This document shows positions 1 through 12,720 of a stretch of 64,000 nt of DNA, in pieces. The translations under genes were made by a program, and so were the position numbers. Position 1 is the first letter of the stretch. Each line of letters opens with the position of its first letter. The notes beneath the pieces were generated by a model. The model was not told the origin of the DNA, searched no databases, and saw only the letters and a list, made by a program, of their open reading frames with translations. Source of the DNA: Azolla caroliniana (taxonomy: Eukaryota; Plantae; Polypodiophyta); contig JBHGNT010000003.1 of the NCBI GenBank assembly GCA_043228905.1, positions 10,044,001 through 10,108,000 of the forward strand, written 5' to 3'.

Positions 1-609
1 ATTCGATAAACTAGACTCGACATGAGTTATATCTAGTTTAATATATCTTGTTTTACCTAAGTTTAATGGCTCTATCGAAAAAATTGACACCGAGCTTTGC
101 TCTTGATCGTTGTTGGTCTTAACATGGCACCTTCTATTATTAACATGGCTATATTCCTCGATTGAGAATAACGAGTTATCAGATAATATAACAGGCTCAA
201 AAGAAAACAGAGAATTTTCACTCGACTTTGAGAACATTTTGCTCAAGGCTAAGTAAGAACAACAATGTCCAAAATAGGCACAAGCTTGGTTCTATAATAA
301 GCACCATGTCCAAAAACATTTTATTTATTTATTTAAAATAATTAAAAATATTTTTGAAAATACAAAGTAAAACTTATATAAAGGGAAGTCATCTTCTATT
401 TCTCATTATCACGTTCAAGCAAAAGAAGAGCACAAGAGCACTTCGTTGAAAAATGGGCTTTTCATGATCAATAGATTAGATGTATTTTATGTAACATTCT
501 ATACCAAAAAACGTATGATTTTCGCTAATTTTTACCTTAGTTAAGAGGTCTATATTGTTTTTTATTAACATTATTGTTATATCCTTGTGTCATGACTTGT
601 TGTTTTCAG

Positions 610-2987
610 TGAGCCACGATAGAAGGTGTCGTGCTTCAAACTAAAAATTCCATCACCAACAAAAAGACCTTCTGACACCATGATGAAAGTTGATTCTCGT
701 AAAACATTTATCGAGTCAGGAGATGACGACACTTCAAAGTCTTTTGTCGATAACACGCCGAAGACTTTAGGCAAAAAGAGTGGGGAGCCTCGCCTGAAGA
801 GCTACGCCCATGTGGAGTGGACACTAATCTACATCGAGGAAGAAGAGGACCTCCTTATTCTTGCAAAGTCTGAAGGCGAAGGCAAGTTGCAGGTGGGAAA
901 GACATTCACCTAAGCCTACATACGGAACATCTATTATGAAGACAACGACTTATTGAACCTCTTCTTCGATGTTGATAGCTCGGTGGGGTTTCGCAAATTC
1001 AAGATCGATGAACGTAATTTCATAACTGACTCCTGCCACCCTAAAGCCCTAAAAAGGATGTTCAGACAAAAAACAACTTGATTGTTGCTTTGCGCTCGTA
1101 CATTAAGGGAGACCTGATGGTCACGCAAGCAACAACCCCACCAAAATCTGCCAAGAAGTCCAAACCAGAACATAAGAAGTACAAGAAAAGGCAGCAACCA
1201 GAAGAGGATGAGCTGGGGGTCCTCGAGTTTGTAGAAGATGAGGAGGAAGAAGCCGAGCTCGAAGCTATTCCTCCAGGGGGCCACATTTCATCGGGGATAC
1301 GTAAGAGCAAAACCGGATCAGAGAAAATATTGTTAAGACGAAGCTTGTCCGTAAAGGACAATTATTTCACTTACCAATCTGCTCTATTCAACGACAACCC
1401 ATCGATTCGGAGACAGGAAGACAGGCTCTAGAAATTAGAGAGTCACATTCAGTGCATGTGCAAAACTTAAAAAGCAAAATGAAGATTAATCCACATGCGA
1501 TTGTAGTGCCATTCTTAGTAATGGTCGATCCAGTTCAATGCCCTAATGTTGCTGACTTCAAGTACAGTTCGGCAGATGACTACACATACTATGTGATTGG
1601 AGGATCCCACTCTGCTGAAGCCTGACGTCAACTGGTCAAGGAGTATCCTCTTACCCCTTTAATCAAGTATGTAGACTGTAAAGTGTATGCAGGCCTTACA
1701 CATGAAGAAGCCAAGTTGTTAGCTTGGGATCATAACAACATTAATGACTATAGACAAAAGATGTCATGTATCGAGCACATCAGGTTCTTCCATCGCGAGT
1801 ACCTTGATGCGTTGCAAAAATTTGGTCCTCGTCTGCATCCTGGATTGCGACGACAATGTCTCCTTGAAGTGGAGATAGTAGTTGACAAAAGCACCAAGTC
1901 TGAAGGCCTTAGAAAATATGACTCATGGTTTCAACTTGCCTTTAGAACAGGGGAGGTGTGGGACCTCCAAGATCGCATTTTTAGTATGTGGGAGCATAAA
2001 GAAATAAAGGGTCAAAAATCAAAGAAGGCTAAGCTCGACCCACAGGTGGAGATGAAATCTAAGTCACGTAAAAATGACTTAGTAATTGAAGAGTTAGCCG
2101 AAGATATGAAGCTACTTCGTTGGCGGTCACTGCAAGGAATTAAGGATGACAGATGATTGATATCTGTATTATCAAGAGTGGCCGCCAAGGAGTTTAGCCT
2201 TGACGAAATGGTCATAGAGTTTCAAAAGTGAGTCATCTATGTGCATGTATTATTTTGATTTGATTGCTTTGTTGATTTGTTCTTTATTCTAATTTTAGTT
2301 TCTTTTGTTTTTTAGCCATAAGGTGTATATGAAGATTTAAGAGATGATGAAAAAATTGTCCCTGCCTACGTGGGAAGAAGTGGAGCAATCTTGCCTAAAA
2401 ACATCATCTTACAAGGCTCTTGAAGAATTCTTTATCGTGTTTAGAGAATGGGTATGTATGTTCTACAAATATTAATTGATTTTTGGATAAATGGGTTTCT
2501 TCTTACAAAATTTATAATTACAGAAACCACCTCGTTCAAAGAAGAATAGTGACAACAATGAAGGCATACCTAGAGCCTTCATCACCCATTTGGAACGAGC
2601 TAAATATGAGAAACGGATGACAAAATGAAAGGAGCACGAGGTGCCTGAGGACTCAGATACCGTAAAAAGCTTTTTGCACAAGAGTGATCCTTTCCGACAA
2701 TTGTATTATAGTGTATATAATGGTGATGTGGGTAATATGCTTGACATATTACCCAAGAGACATTATACATTGCTCGGGGCGGATATACTATATGGCTTCA
2801 GAATATTAGTCTCGACATACAACGAAGTGTCATACAAATATCCACAAATAGAGAAGATGGTTAAGGACTTTGCATAGCTGACCCTGGCACCATTATGACG
2901 TATTGTTATATTTCACAGTATGGGTCAAGCGTTATCGGCCACGACTGCATTGAAGTCGAGATGCCATGCCACTGAACATATGCATTG
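610..2987 (+). pseudogene. Spliced, decayed ParB/Srx-like domain + beta-class amino-DNA-methyltransferase fusion gene, 5' part
   Basis: Manual translation across stops and frameshifts gives VQNLKSKM..VVPFLVMVDP..YYVIGGSHSAEA*RQL..VDCKVYAGLTHEEAKLLAWDHN (ParB-N like, ~1468-1737) and YNGDVGNMLDILPKRHYTLLGAD-I(L)-YG (DPPY-like motif IV region, ~2715-2796). GT-AG introns at 2228-2315 and 2452-2523, next donor at 2988. Truncated by the copia LTR at ~3025. Confidence 0.7.
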
Positions 2988-3024
2988 GTAAGCATTATGT
3001 TACTATATATTTAATGTATGGATT

Positions 3025-3277
3025 ATGGGGGATGATTAACTATATTATATACATCTCATGTGCAAAGGTGCACATATGTGAGTAGAATATAGGTACAAAC
3101 GTGTAAGTCCTATATTAAATGAACACGGGAGTGGAGGATCTACAATGCATCCCACTCAAGTACAAAATCCTATTTAAGGCATTAAGGTCAACACACTATC
3201 TAGATTCTATCTAGGTAACTACTAAGTTACGCATGTTGACTAAACGACTAAATTAAGTTGAGTTTGATGTCTCAACA
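3025..3277 (-). repeat. 3' LTR of copia (truncated at its outer end)
   Basis: Homologous to ~11162-11455, ends ...ctcaaca, adjacent to PPT (minus strand gcttgaaggggca). Confidence 0.85.
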
Positions 3278-3347
3278 TGCCCCTTCAAGCTCAAATGTGA
3301 GGTGTCCGACATCTAGTTTCGCTTTCGGCGTTGTCCGGCTTTCGATG

Positions 3348-4730
3348 TCAACTTCTATGCGGCTTTCGGCGTTGGTATTTACATGGCAGTTTCGGTTCCT
3401 CCCCCTCAAGCATGTGACGAAGGCTTGGGTCGAATGCTTTCACCCATTGTGGGTCACGAGCCACTTCTGTTGACCTCTCAGGCTCTTGTTCGGCCGCTAC
3501 CTTCATCGTGAAGGCATAATGATGGGCCATGTACTCGTTGTAGCCGAGTCGAGTAACAACATTCATCTCTCTAGAAGAACGTCGAAGTTTTTCGCTTGCC
3601 GACGTGAGCGCCTTTTGTACTCCGGGTGTCCGCATGATGGGTACACCAAACTCATTGTCTAATGAGCGAGCCGACACATTTGAATCATTGTCGTCGGGAT
3701 GGTCGACTTCGTATTTAGGCATCTTCCCTTTGCCTTTGTCCAAGGTCGTACTTGGCCGCGACATGCTTGGAATGCTTGAAGGCTCAAGTGGGCTTGGATT
3801 GTCCTTTGGTAGAGAACTTGTCCAAATATCGTCCTCCAGGTTGACATTCAACTCTTCCTCGGTCGGGTCGGGTGTAACCAAATCGGGCTTGTACCATGAT
3901 GGCGATTTGTCGAAGACTATGTCTCGACTCATCCAAACCGCTCGGGTCAAAGGGTTATAGCACTTGTATGCCTTCTTCTCAGACAAGTATCCTACGAGGA
4001 TACATTTCTCTGACTTCGCAACGGGCTTCTGTTGGCTTTCGTTCGGGATGCGTACATTCGCAATGCTTCCGAACACCTTGAGGTGCGACAGGATTGGCTT
4101 CGTTCCGACAAGAAGCTCATATGGAGTTTGCTCATGCACTCCATTAGTGGTGCATCGATTCATGAGATAGACGGTCGTGGATGCCGCTTTGGCCCAATAG
4201 AAGTTCGGCATGTGCTTCTCATGCATCATGGTGCGTGCTACCTTGATTATTTGTCGATTCTTCCTTTTAGTGACTCCATTTTGTTGGGGGTGTGTGTCGG
4301 CACGAGAATTCTCTCCGAATGCCTTCACCTTGGAGGTAGGAAATGAATTCATCGGAGAAGTATTCCTTGCCTCCATCCAATCGTAGGCATCGAATGTGTA
4401 GACCAGTTTCTTTTTCGACTTGCCCCTTGAGCTTTTGGAAGTGGGAGATCACTTCGCTCTTCTTTTGCATCGGAAAGATCCACGTGTAGCGGGAGTAGTT
4501 GTCGATGAAGGTGGCGTAGTATCGGCATCTGCCGATCGTCTGCATTTGAGCTGGTCCCCATACATCTGAGTGTATGATGTCGAGGAGGCCTTTGCGTGCG
4601 TAGCTCTCCTTCGGGAATGGGAGTCGATGTTGTTTGCCAAGTTGACACGCTTCGCATACTCGGTCGACTCGTTTCGACTCAAATGTCGGAAGTTCGATGA
4701 CGACTCCCTTTGTTTGCATAGCTTGGAGCC
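3348..4730 (-). pseudogene. Copia integrase fragment (frameshifted)
   Basis: ORFs 4267-4719 and 3348-4376: CEACQLGKQHR, HSDVWGP, LRLDGGKEY, PQQNGV, KCILVGY. Confidence 0.9.
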
Positions 4731-4794
4731 GTTGGAGGCATTGTTGTTAAAAAATGTGTATTTTATAGATAGAGTACATTTTAGAATACCCACA

Positions 4795-5249
4795 TGTTAG
4801 AGACATGAACTAATGTAAGCATTAGATAAGGATAGAATATAGATCTAGATAGAAAGGAGAGAGAGAAAGAAGGGTGCCGATCCGCCCGACCACCCCCAAG
4901 CGAAGGGATCAAGACGGACTCGAGCCTCGATCGGCATCCCATACCACCGTTGTGGCATCGAGTCGTACCTGGTGCTGGCATGCTCGCTACAAGAGTTGAC
5001 CCACCACAAGACAGAGTCTCGACGTAGTCAACAAGATGATCAAATGAGGGTAACTAGGCCTCTTATTTATAGCGATACCCAAGGCCCCCAGCCATGTTCA
5101 CACTTGGCCTAATGGGTTGTCTCAATCCCGAGGATTAAAAGTAATCCTCCCCTTCTTTACACTCTTGTTTAACCCTCACACTTATCCATGTGTATAGAAT
5201 ATTACGGTAAATTCTTACCACGGGATATTACATGGTCATGCACGTAACA
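4795..5249 (-). mobile_element. Solo LTR (455 bp) of the chromovirus family also at 16877-19966 and 49851-56816
   Basis: Homologous to LTR 49851-50305, TG..CA ends, 5-bp TSD CCACA at 4790-4794 and 5250-5254. Confidence 0.93.
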
Positions 5250-5758
5250 CCACACATATTCTAAACGTATTCAACCTTTTGGAAATCTCATTTTTTCTAA
5301 GGCTAAATTTGTAAATAATTTAAATTTAAATTTTCTAGGGTATTTTTTACTAGAGAAAAAGAAAGTAATTGGGGGTTTATGTAACGATTTTCTACATTTT
5401 GTAGACACTAGGTTTTTTAGTAGGATATGGAAGCTATCTACTAGAAATCCGAACTCTGAAGCTTCCAAAAACCTATGTTTTTACGCAGGTATTATGGTAT
5501 ATGAACCAATATTGCTTCTTTATTATATTATATTATTATACAGAATACAGTAAACTCCAGCTTTCAATTTTAGTGTTAATTAATCTTACACACATAGAGA
5601 GCATAAAACAGAGTTTTATTTTTTGCCTAATTTGACCAAAATTTCATAAAATTTGAAAACAATTTTGATCATAAATAAACTATATACAGTAGATACATTT
5701 TTAATCCTTAATGACCATTCATATTTACATGGAATAGACATCAAATCGAGCTTAATCT

Positions 5759-5809
5759 AGGCCTTTTAATGGCTGGTTAATTCAATCATAACCAGCCATT
5801 AAAAGGCCT
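5759..5809. repeat. Perfect 21-bp inverted repeat with 9-nt loop inside the hAT
   Basis: AGGCCTTTTAATGGCTGGTTA / TAACCAGCCATTAAAAGGCCT. Confidence 0.9.
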
Positions 5810-6959
5810 CCCGATTTGGAAAAGGAAGAAGAGGGAGATGAGGAATGCCTCATCATTGGAGAATGTCTTTAGTGTGAGATGGAGAGGCGTAGAGCGGAGG
5901 GATGGGGAAGAGCTAAAGCTCAGCTCTCGACAATAGGCGGCCATTATCTCATTCTTTATCTTGTGCCTTCCCTTGGCCACGCAGGAAAGAAAGGAAGAGG
6001 AGAAGTGAGCATTTACAATACAATACAAACACACACACACATGTACACACACACATGTATATGTATTGTATTGTATTATATTGTATGTGTGTGTGTGCGT
6101 GTTTGTATTGTATTGTATACATGTATGATTTGTGATGCATACAATTGTGACACTCTTTACATCTATTTCCTAGTCATGATATCTCACTAAATTGTCACTG
6201 TCACTCTTGAGATTTTGGAACAAGTATTTTGGAATTTTTCCTATTGAATTCATCAAAACACAGATTCCATCAACATATATGCATAATAGACTATAGTATA
6301 ATACAACATGTTACATTTATGGTTTGAGTTTGTGTGTCTATCCCTTCTTTAATACAATAATGTTGGTGGCAGATAGAGACATTGATTGCTTGTGGTGACT
6401 TATCAAAGAATAATGTCTTCATACAAGAGCACACCGACATCACAAGTAAAAGTTCCGTGATTGTGTGCTCTTTTATAATTCATTTCTAATGAATAATAAT
6501 TTTTTCCTCTTGATGGGGATGGAATGCCATTTGCTTAGGCAAGTATCTTCCATTCGGATTTGCCATTTGCTTATGCCTATCATTTAAATTTTAAACAATT
6601 TCTTCTTGCATTGTTACATCACATTATTTCCTTATTCACACATTTAACATTGTGGATTCATGAATTTAGGACAATATAAAAGACAACTTCGAGTCTCTAA
6701 ACCTTGTCATCCTCAATCAACCATGCCTTGCAAGGAATCTCCCTTATGGGATAAATATTGTTTGAACAAACAAGTTGGGAAGTCATCTGCAAGTGTGTGC
6801 AAGTAACTCTAGAGGCATATCACACACTTGTCTATACCTTCACCTTTAATTCCAGAAGTAGAAGCCAAAACGCATTAAAGAAGTAGAAGCCATGGAAAAA
6901 CAAATTGAGCTTCAAGAAGGCATGGTGGATTCAGTGGTTGATTCAATGTTCCAATCACA

Positions 6960-8954
6960 ACCTTAAAACTATTGATTGTATGGCACAATGTACCTTAAAA
7001 CTATTGATTGTAGTGGCGTTTCTACAAGGGTTGATGGTTCATGGTTGGCTGAAATGCCATCAACTACGATAAAGCAAGTAAAAGTAGAAAATGTGGTGCA
7101 AATTGGCACGGATAATGCATCTAATTGTGTTAGCGTGGGTCACATTCTAGAGACTGAATTCCCAAGCCTTGTATGGACTCCTTGTGCATCACATTGTTTA
7201 GATTTATTGCTAGAGGATATTGGGAAGTTGAGTTGGGTTCGTCAAGTGCACAAGAGAGCAAATTGTGTGGTTAGACTATTCACCAAGAAAAGCGATACAC
7301 GAAAAAATTTCAGAAACTATTCATCTCTTGTGCTCCTTAGGCCAAGTGCCACTCGATTTGGCTACATTCTTATTGTCCTTGAGAGGCTGGCAAGAGTTTG
7401 GAGAGCCCTTGAACAAAGTGTGGTTAGTAACTATTGGGAGGATTGGAGTGACTCCAAAAAGCCTGATGCGGTCAAGGTGAAGTCCATTGTGCAAGATAGC
7501 TCTACTTCCACTATTTTCTGTTTTGCGGCTAACTAATCGCGAAGGATCTACAATGGGCTTACTTTATGAGTTCATGAGGAGGGCTAGAGACAAATTGCAA
7601 CAAGGAGCGAGAGAGGACACATTAAACAAGGACAGGTAATATGTTTCTATGTATTATGTAGTATGTACATTTGCTGTTTATTGCATCTTTTTCATTTCTT
7701 TGAATCATTGATATTAACTACGTTATGCATATTTTGGTAACTGATTTCGAGTTTTGATTCAAATTCAAATGTTAATGCAGATATAAAGAGGTTTTGGAAT
7801 GTTTTGATTGTCGTTGGTCATGGTTCAAAAAGCCAATTCATATTGTTGCACATACTTTGCATCCTTTATGGAAGCCCAAAGATCAACCAATAGTTATGAA
7901 TGAAGAGATGACAGATGGATGGCTTGCATATATTCAAAAGGTATATTCTATAGATGAATGTGAAATCTTGCAAGATCAATTTGACATGTATAGGAATGGT
8001 GTGGGCCAATTTAGCAAATGAACTATCAAAATCACACATTGCAAAATGTAAACCTATCTCATGGTGGGAAAGATATGGGGACAATGTGCCCTTACTACAG
8101 TCATTAGCTTGTAGAGTATTGTCTTAGGTATTCTATTTCATTTTTTATTAATGTTTCAATTTTATTAATCTTCTACATAGTACAATGACATGTATTGTTT
8201 GCTTAATACTTTGTGTCATAGGATTGCTCTTCTGGAGCTGCTGAAAGAAATTGGAATGCACATGCATTAGCACATACAAAAAGGAGGAACCATTTGAAGG
8301 TGAAACAAGTGGAGAGATTAGTATATGTTAGAGAAAACTTAAGGCTTGTTCGAAGCTTTCAAACTCATGCGGGTCTTCCAATGCAGGTCTACATCTTTCT
8401 TATCATGTTTGACATTTGATGTTTAGAAAACCATTTGAATTTTGTAGGTTAATTAACGAGCCTTGTTAATTGGTTGTGGTTTAAATATTATGATACCAAA
8501 ATATTATTTGATTTAGGTAAATCTAGATGAGATAGACATTGACAAGACTCCTGAAATGCCTCCATCAACAACCAATATTGATACTCAAGTCGCACAAGCA
8601 TATTTTGAGGAAGCTGAGGCTATGCATATTGGTTGGGTTACTCAAAGTAGATCTAAGTTTGCCACTATGATAGTGGATGAAGGATTGGTGGAATCAAGTT
8701 CTAACACTATTAGAAAAGGTTGTGGATATGTTCGTAGTCATGCTTGTGCGAGAGTTGCAAGTACAAGAAGGATAATTACTCGACAAGCTACAACCGAGGC
8801 TTGCAATGCTGAATTTGGTAATGATGATGGAGATCAAGAGGATGAAGACATTGACAATGCCATAGTTGATTCGTCTTCTGATAGTGATTATGTGGACAAC
8901 TATGATGATACAACAATGGAATCTTCTAATGATGATTTAGAAGAAGAAATATAA
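6960..8954 (+). pseudogene. hAT transposase remnant (DUF659-type core and C-terminal dimerisation domain), spliced
   Basis: NVVQIGTDNASNC, WTPCASHCLDLLLEDIGK, PSATRF; SWWERYG..PLLQSLACRVLS and CSSGAAERNW..RRNHL..LVYVRENL; acidic tail. Contains stops and frameshifts. Confidence 0.9.
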
Positions 8955-9471
8955 TCGAAAATTGCATGGAGATATGTATGGTTGGTTTTAACTTTTTACA
9001 TATTTATTTTAATTTTAAATTTAAGAACCAATAACTATGAGTATGAACTTTGAAGAAAGTTTTAAATTCTAATAGTTTTTTAATCACTCTATTCATTTTC
9101 CATGATTTGAGGGTTCAACTGATATGTGTTTTGGTTCAAACTTCAATTGTGTTCTCGAATCTCCAATGTCCACTTTCATTTTAAAATATGTATATCACGT
9201 GTATTGAAACATAGATAACCATTTATCCATGGACAATAAAGATAATTGGTATTTACTATATAGTATTCAAATTACAAGTATCTTTGCAAATTGGTTTTCA
9301 AGTATTTTATGTATTCAACATATTCAAAACGTACTCAACATATTCAACGTATTTTACCTTTAAATACGTATTCTAAGAACTTATAAATTATTTTTAGAAT
9401 ACTTATAAAATACATAGCATACGTATTGTACGCGTATGGTATGCTACGTATGTTACAACCATGGTTGGAGG

Positions 9472-10848
9472 TTGATGTGGCCGATTCTCTTGTGCCACAA
9501 CTCAATGCTCGTCTCAGTTTTGCAACCTTTGGCATACATGGCCAGTTTCACCTCGTTCAAATCGAGAATGAACATTCGATTCTCTCTCCATCCCTTGGCT
9601 ATGAGTCGGCCATCTTTCTCGATGAAACAACCTTCATTGTTGAAGCGAACTTGCATGTCTTGCTCCACGATTTGGCGTACAGAGACCAAATTCTTTGTTA
9701 TTGTGGGCACGTGCAAGACATCCTTGATGCAAGTTTGTTCGCCTTCTTTCCCGAATGGGCCATTGCCGATGTGCCGAATGGTATGTGTGGTGTCGTCTCC
9801 CATCTCTGTGAAGCTGGGTCAGTCCGGCGTTCTTAAGTCATGGAACCACTCTTGGTGTGACATCATATGATGTGAAGCGCCGGAGTCGATGACCACACGT
9901 CTTCTGAGTTGGAGGTGCCCGTGGAGTTGGAGACCGACATAGAGTTCGCTCTATGCCTTATTATGAATAGACCATTGTAGTCGTTGTATTCAGAGTTGTT
10001 TGTGAGTTGTCGGCTTGTTGAAGCTGACTCACTTCTCTTTTTTCGACACTCCTCTTCGTAGTGGCCGATTTTGCCGTAATAGTTGCAAGTGATGGGCCAC
10101 GTTTGCCGACCTTGTTCGGCATGGAAGCTCCCCCTTCTTCCGAAGGTTCCTCGATGGCTTCCGTCTTGTTGTTAAAGGTTTGGGTCGAATCAACCTCTTC
10201 TACCACCTCGTCCTCGTTCTCGGCCACCATCCGAATTCGAGAAGAACATTTGTCCTTCTGACATCTTGCTTTTTGTTCGGACGTGGTTCTCTTTGACCAA
10301 TAGCATTGATTGAAGGTTGAAGAATGAAGGAGGGTTTTCTCTCGCTAAGATTTTCGTTCTTAACGAGTCGAATCGTTGTGCAAGGTCGCCCAAGCATATT
10401 TGAACCATCTCGTCTTTGTCGACGTTTATGTTGATGGAGCCAACCGAGTAGCAAATGCTCTTGATCTTGGTGGTGTAGTTCGACATCGACATATGTTTTT
10501 GCCGAATGTTGTTCAACTCTTGTCAGAGTTGAAGCTTTCGGGCGGTCGTGTTGGCGGCGAAAATCTTCTTGAGATTCTCCCACGCCTCTTTAGGCATCTT
10601 GGCATCTTGAATGTGGCTAAGCCTGTGGTCATGGACACATATTGCCAAGCAATACATTACCCGACTCGCTCCTTGCTCCCACGTTGGGTAGTTGGCATTT
10701 GTGATGTCGGGTTTGTTTTCAGTGCGTCGTTGATGTAGCTCCAATACCCTTGGCCGACAAGGTATTGGTTCATCTTGTACTCCAAAGATGAATAATTGCT
10801 CCGGTCTAGCTTTTCACTAGGGAGCAAGCTACCCATTTGTGTGTTCAT
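9472..10848 (-). pseudogene. Copia gag-protease-GAG-pre-integrase fragment
   Basis: ORFs 10657-10848, 10523-10744, 10190-10516 and 9453-9803. Protease VVIDSGASHHM near 9865-9897, LWHKRIGHINLQ at the hAT junction. Confidence 0.88.
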
Positions 10849-11020
10849 GTTGATGTAGTGTCTTCCTTTTTCCTTTTTCTTCCTTCGGTCACGTACACGT
10901 GCTACGTAGCGGCACTACGGTAGCTGATAGCCAGATTTTGTCATCGGCGTCTCGAACACACAATCACGGAACGGAGTCAGGTGGGCTATTGGATTTTCTA
11001 AACCACACACTCTGATACCA

Positions 11021-11455
11021 TGTTAAGAATTAGGTAATTAACTACAGGTTAATTAGTACCTAATTATGTGATTAAGATAAGTGGATGATTAAGTTATATG
11101 TGTGCGTATGTGTGTGAGAGGAAGAGAGAGAGGAAGTTAACACTATGAACAACGAGACAAGATGGGGGATGATTAGCTATATTAAAAAGCATCATCAATT
11201 ACAAAAATACCCACAATGAGGTATATATACATCTCATGTGCAACGGTGCACATGTGTGAGGAGAATATAGGTAGAAACGTGTAAGTTCTATATTAAATGA
11301 CCATGGGAGTGGAGGATCTATAATGTATCCCACTCGAGCACAAAATCTTATTTAAGGCGTTAAGGTCAACACACTAACTAGATTCTATCTAGGTAACTAC
11401 TAAGTTACGCGTGTTGACTAAAGGACTAAATTAAGTTGAGCTTGATATCTCAACA
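11021..11455 (-). repeat. 5' LTR of copia (435 bp, TG..CA)
   Basis: TGTTAAG...CTCAACA, directly abutting the Met PBS. Confidence 0.9.
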
Positions 11456-11952
11456 CTTCCCTTAGGTGTAAATGGGGGCAAAGGTAGATGTGGTGAATGA
11501 GAGAAAATGACATGTATGACCTGGTTGAAAATCTTTCCCGGCAAAAAACCCTGAAAATCTCGTTTGAAAAATGAGAGAAAATGACAAGTTTCTCATTTTT
11601 ATACTATACACATTAGGTTGGACGACCAAGATAGTAGGTTGGGTGACCAAACTTGGCTACGAAGACACACGGTTGGGCGACCTAATTAAAATAGGTTGGG
11701 CGACCAAAATTGGCTAATAGGTTGGGCAACCACGTAACATTTGGTAGGTTGGGCATTCACATTACGAAGGTTGGGCGACCAAAATAGGTAGTTGGGAGAC
11801 CTCTGACAACTTCTTTTATCATGCGTTTTTTTTCTTCCAAATTGAACGGTGCAGATCGCATGCCCTCTACCAAGCGACCTGTACCATCTGTGGCCGGCGG
11901 CCGCGATTCCCTCGCAACCCCTATTTATGGTTTGGTAGCTAATAGACACGTC
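11456..11952 (-). mobile_element. Terminal fragment (left end, inverted) of a MULE related to 12024-25234
   Basis: Ends in the family TIR ...aatagacacgtc, has GGTTGGGCGACC subterminal repeats, and 11520-11595 matches the reverse complement of 21225-21302. Confidence 0.75.
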
Positions 11953-12720
11953 GATGTTATGTTATGGTATGTATGTATGTTATGTTATGTGTGTTTGTGT
12001 GTGTGATCGACCCATCATCAATCGACGTGTCTATTATGACACAAATCATAAAGAGGGTTGGTGAGGGAATCGTGGCCACAGACGGTGCAAGTTGCTCAAA
12101 GAAGCCGTGTGCAATCTGCACCGTCGAATTTCGATAAGGAAGAAGGCGTTGTCGTAGTGTAATTCGCACACTACGTGAAAAATTACATTTTTGGTCTCTC
12201 CGGATAGGACATGGAGTACCCAGTGAGAATCGGAAGGACGAACCGGTAAGGACCGAAACCAGTAAGGAGACCCGGCAAAAGATGGATGAAGAAGGCCGGT
12301 GAGAGTCGATGAGAAGTGGACGAAGAGGACCGGTAAGGATAACCGTATGGAATCAGATGAAGGCGGAATCGGCAAGGGGACCCAGTAAGAACCGGCAAGA
12401 GCCGGATAAAGAAGGCTGGTGAGAGTCTCTCACCGGATGAAGAGATAAATTTGTAAATAGAAGAAAATATAAAAATATATATTGCATGCATAGGGCAAGA
12501 TTCAAACCTTGCACCTCCATGTTAATAATATTAATCCTTACCACTATACTAACATATTATGAATTTTAAAGTTATATTAAACTTTATCCCATGTAAATAT
12601 TCTAGATATGCATGGTACAAAAAGTTCTTCATGCATACACACTCGAGTTAAAAGAGAAGATGGGATAGAAAGCTAATCATGCACATGTAGTGTGCATAAA
12701 AACTAAAGTTAGGGGTGAAC

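Larger units (their letters stand above)
4739..9463 (+). mobile_element. hAT DNA transposon inserted in copia pol
   Basis: 8-bp TSD GTTGGAGG at 4731-4738 and 9464-9471. Imperfect TIRs CATTGTTGTTA / TTACAACCATG. Removing it restores copia HINLQRLQAMQTK. ACGTA-type subterminal motifs at 9330-9450. Confidence 0.93.
3025..11455 (-). mobile_element. Ty1/copia LTR retrotransposon, degraded (RT/RH deleted), interrupted by a hAT
   Basis: LTR pair 11021-11455 and truncated ~3025-3277. PBS TGGTATCAGA (tRNA-iMet) at 11011-11020, PPT next to 3278. Gag, protease, GAG-pre-integrase (LWHKRIGH) and integrase (IIHSDVWGP, PQQNGV) fragments in copia order. Confidence 0.92.
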
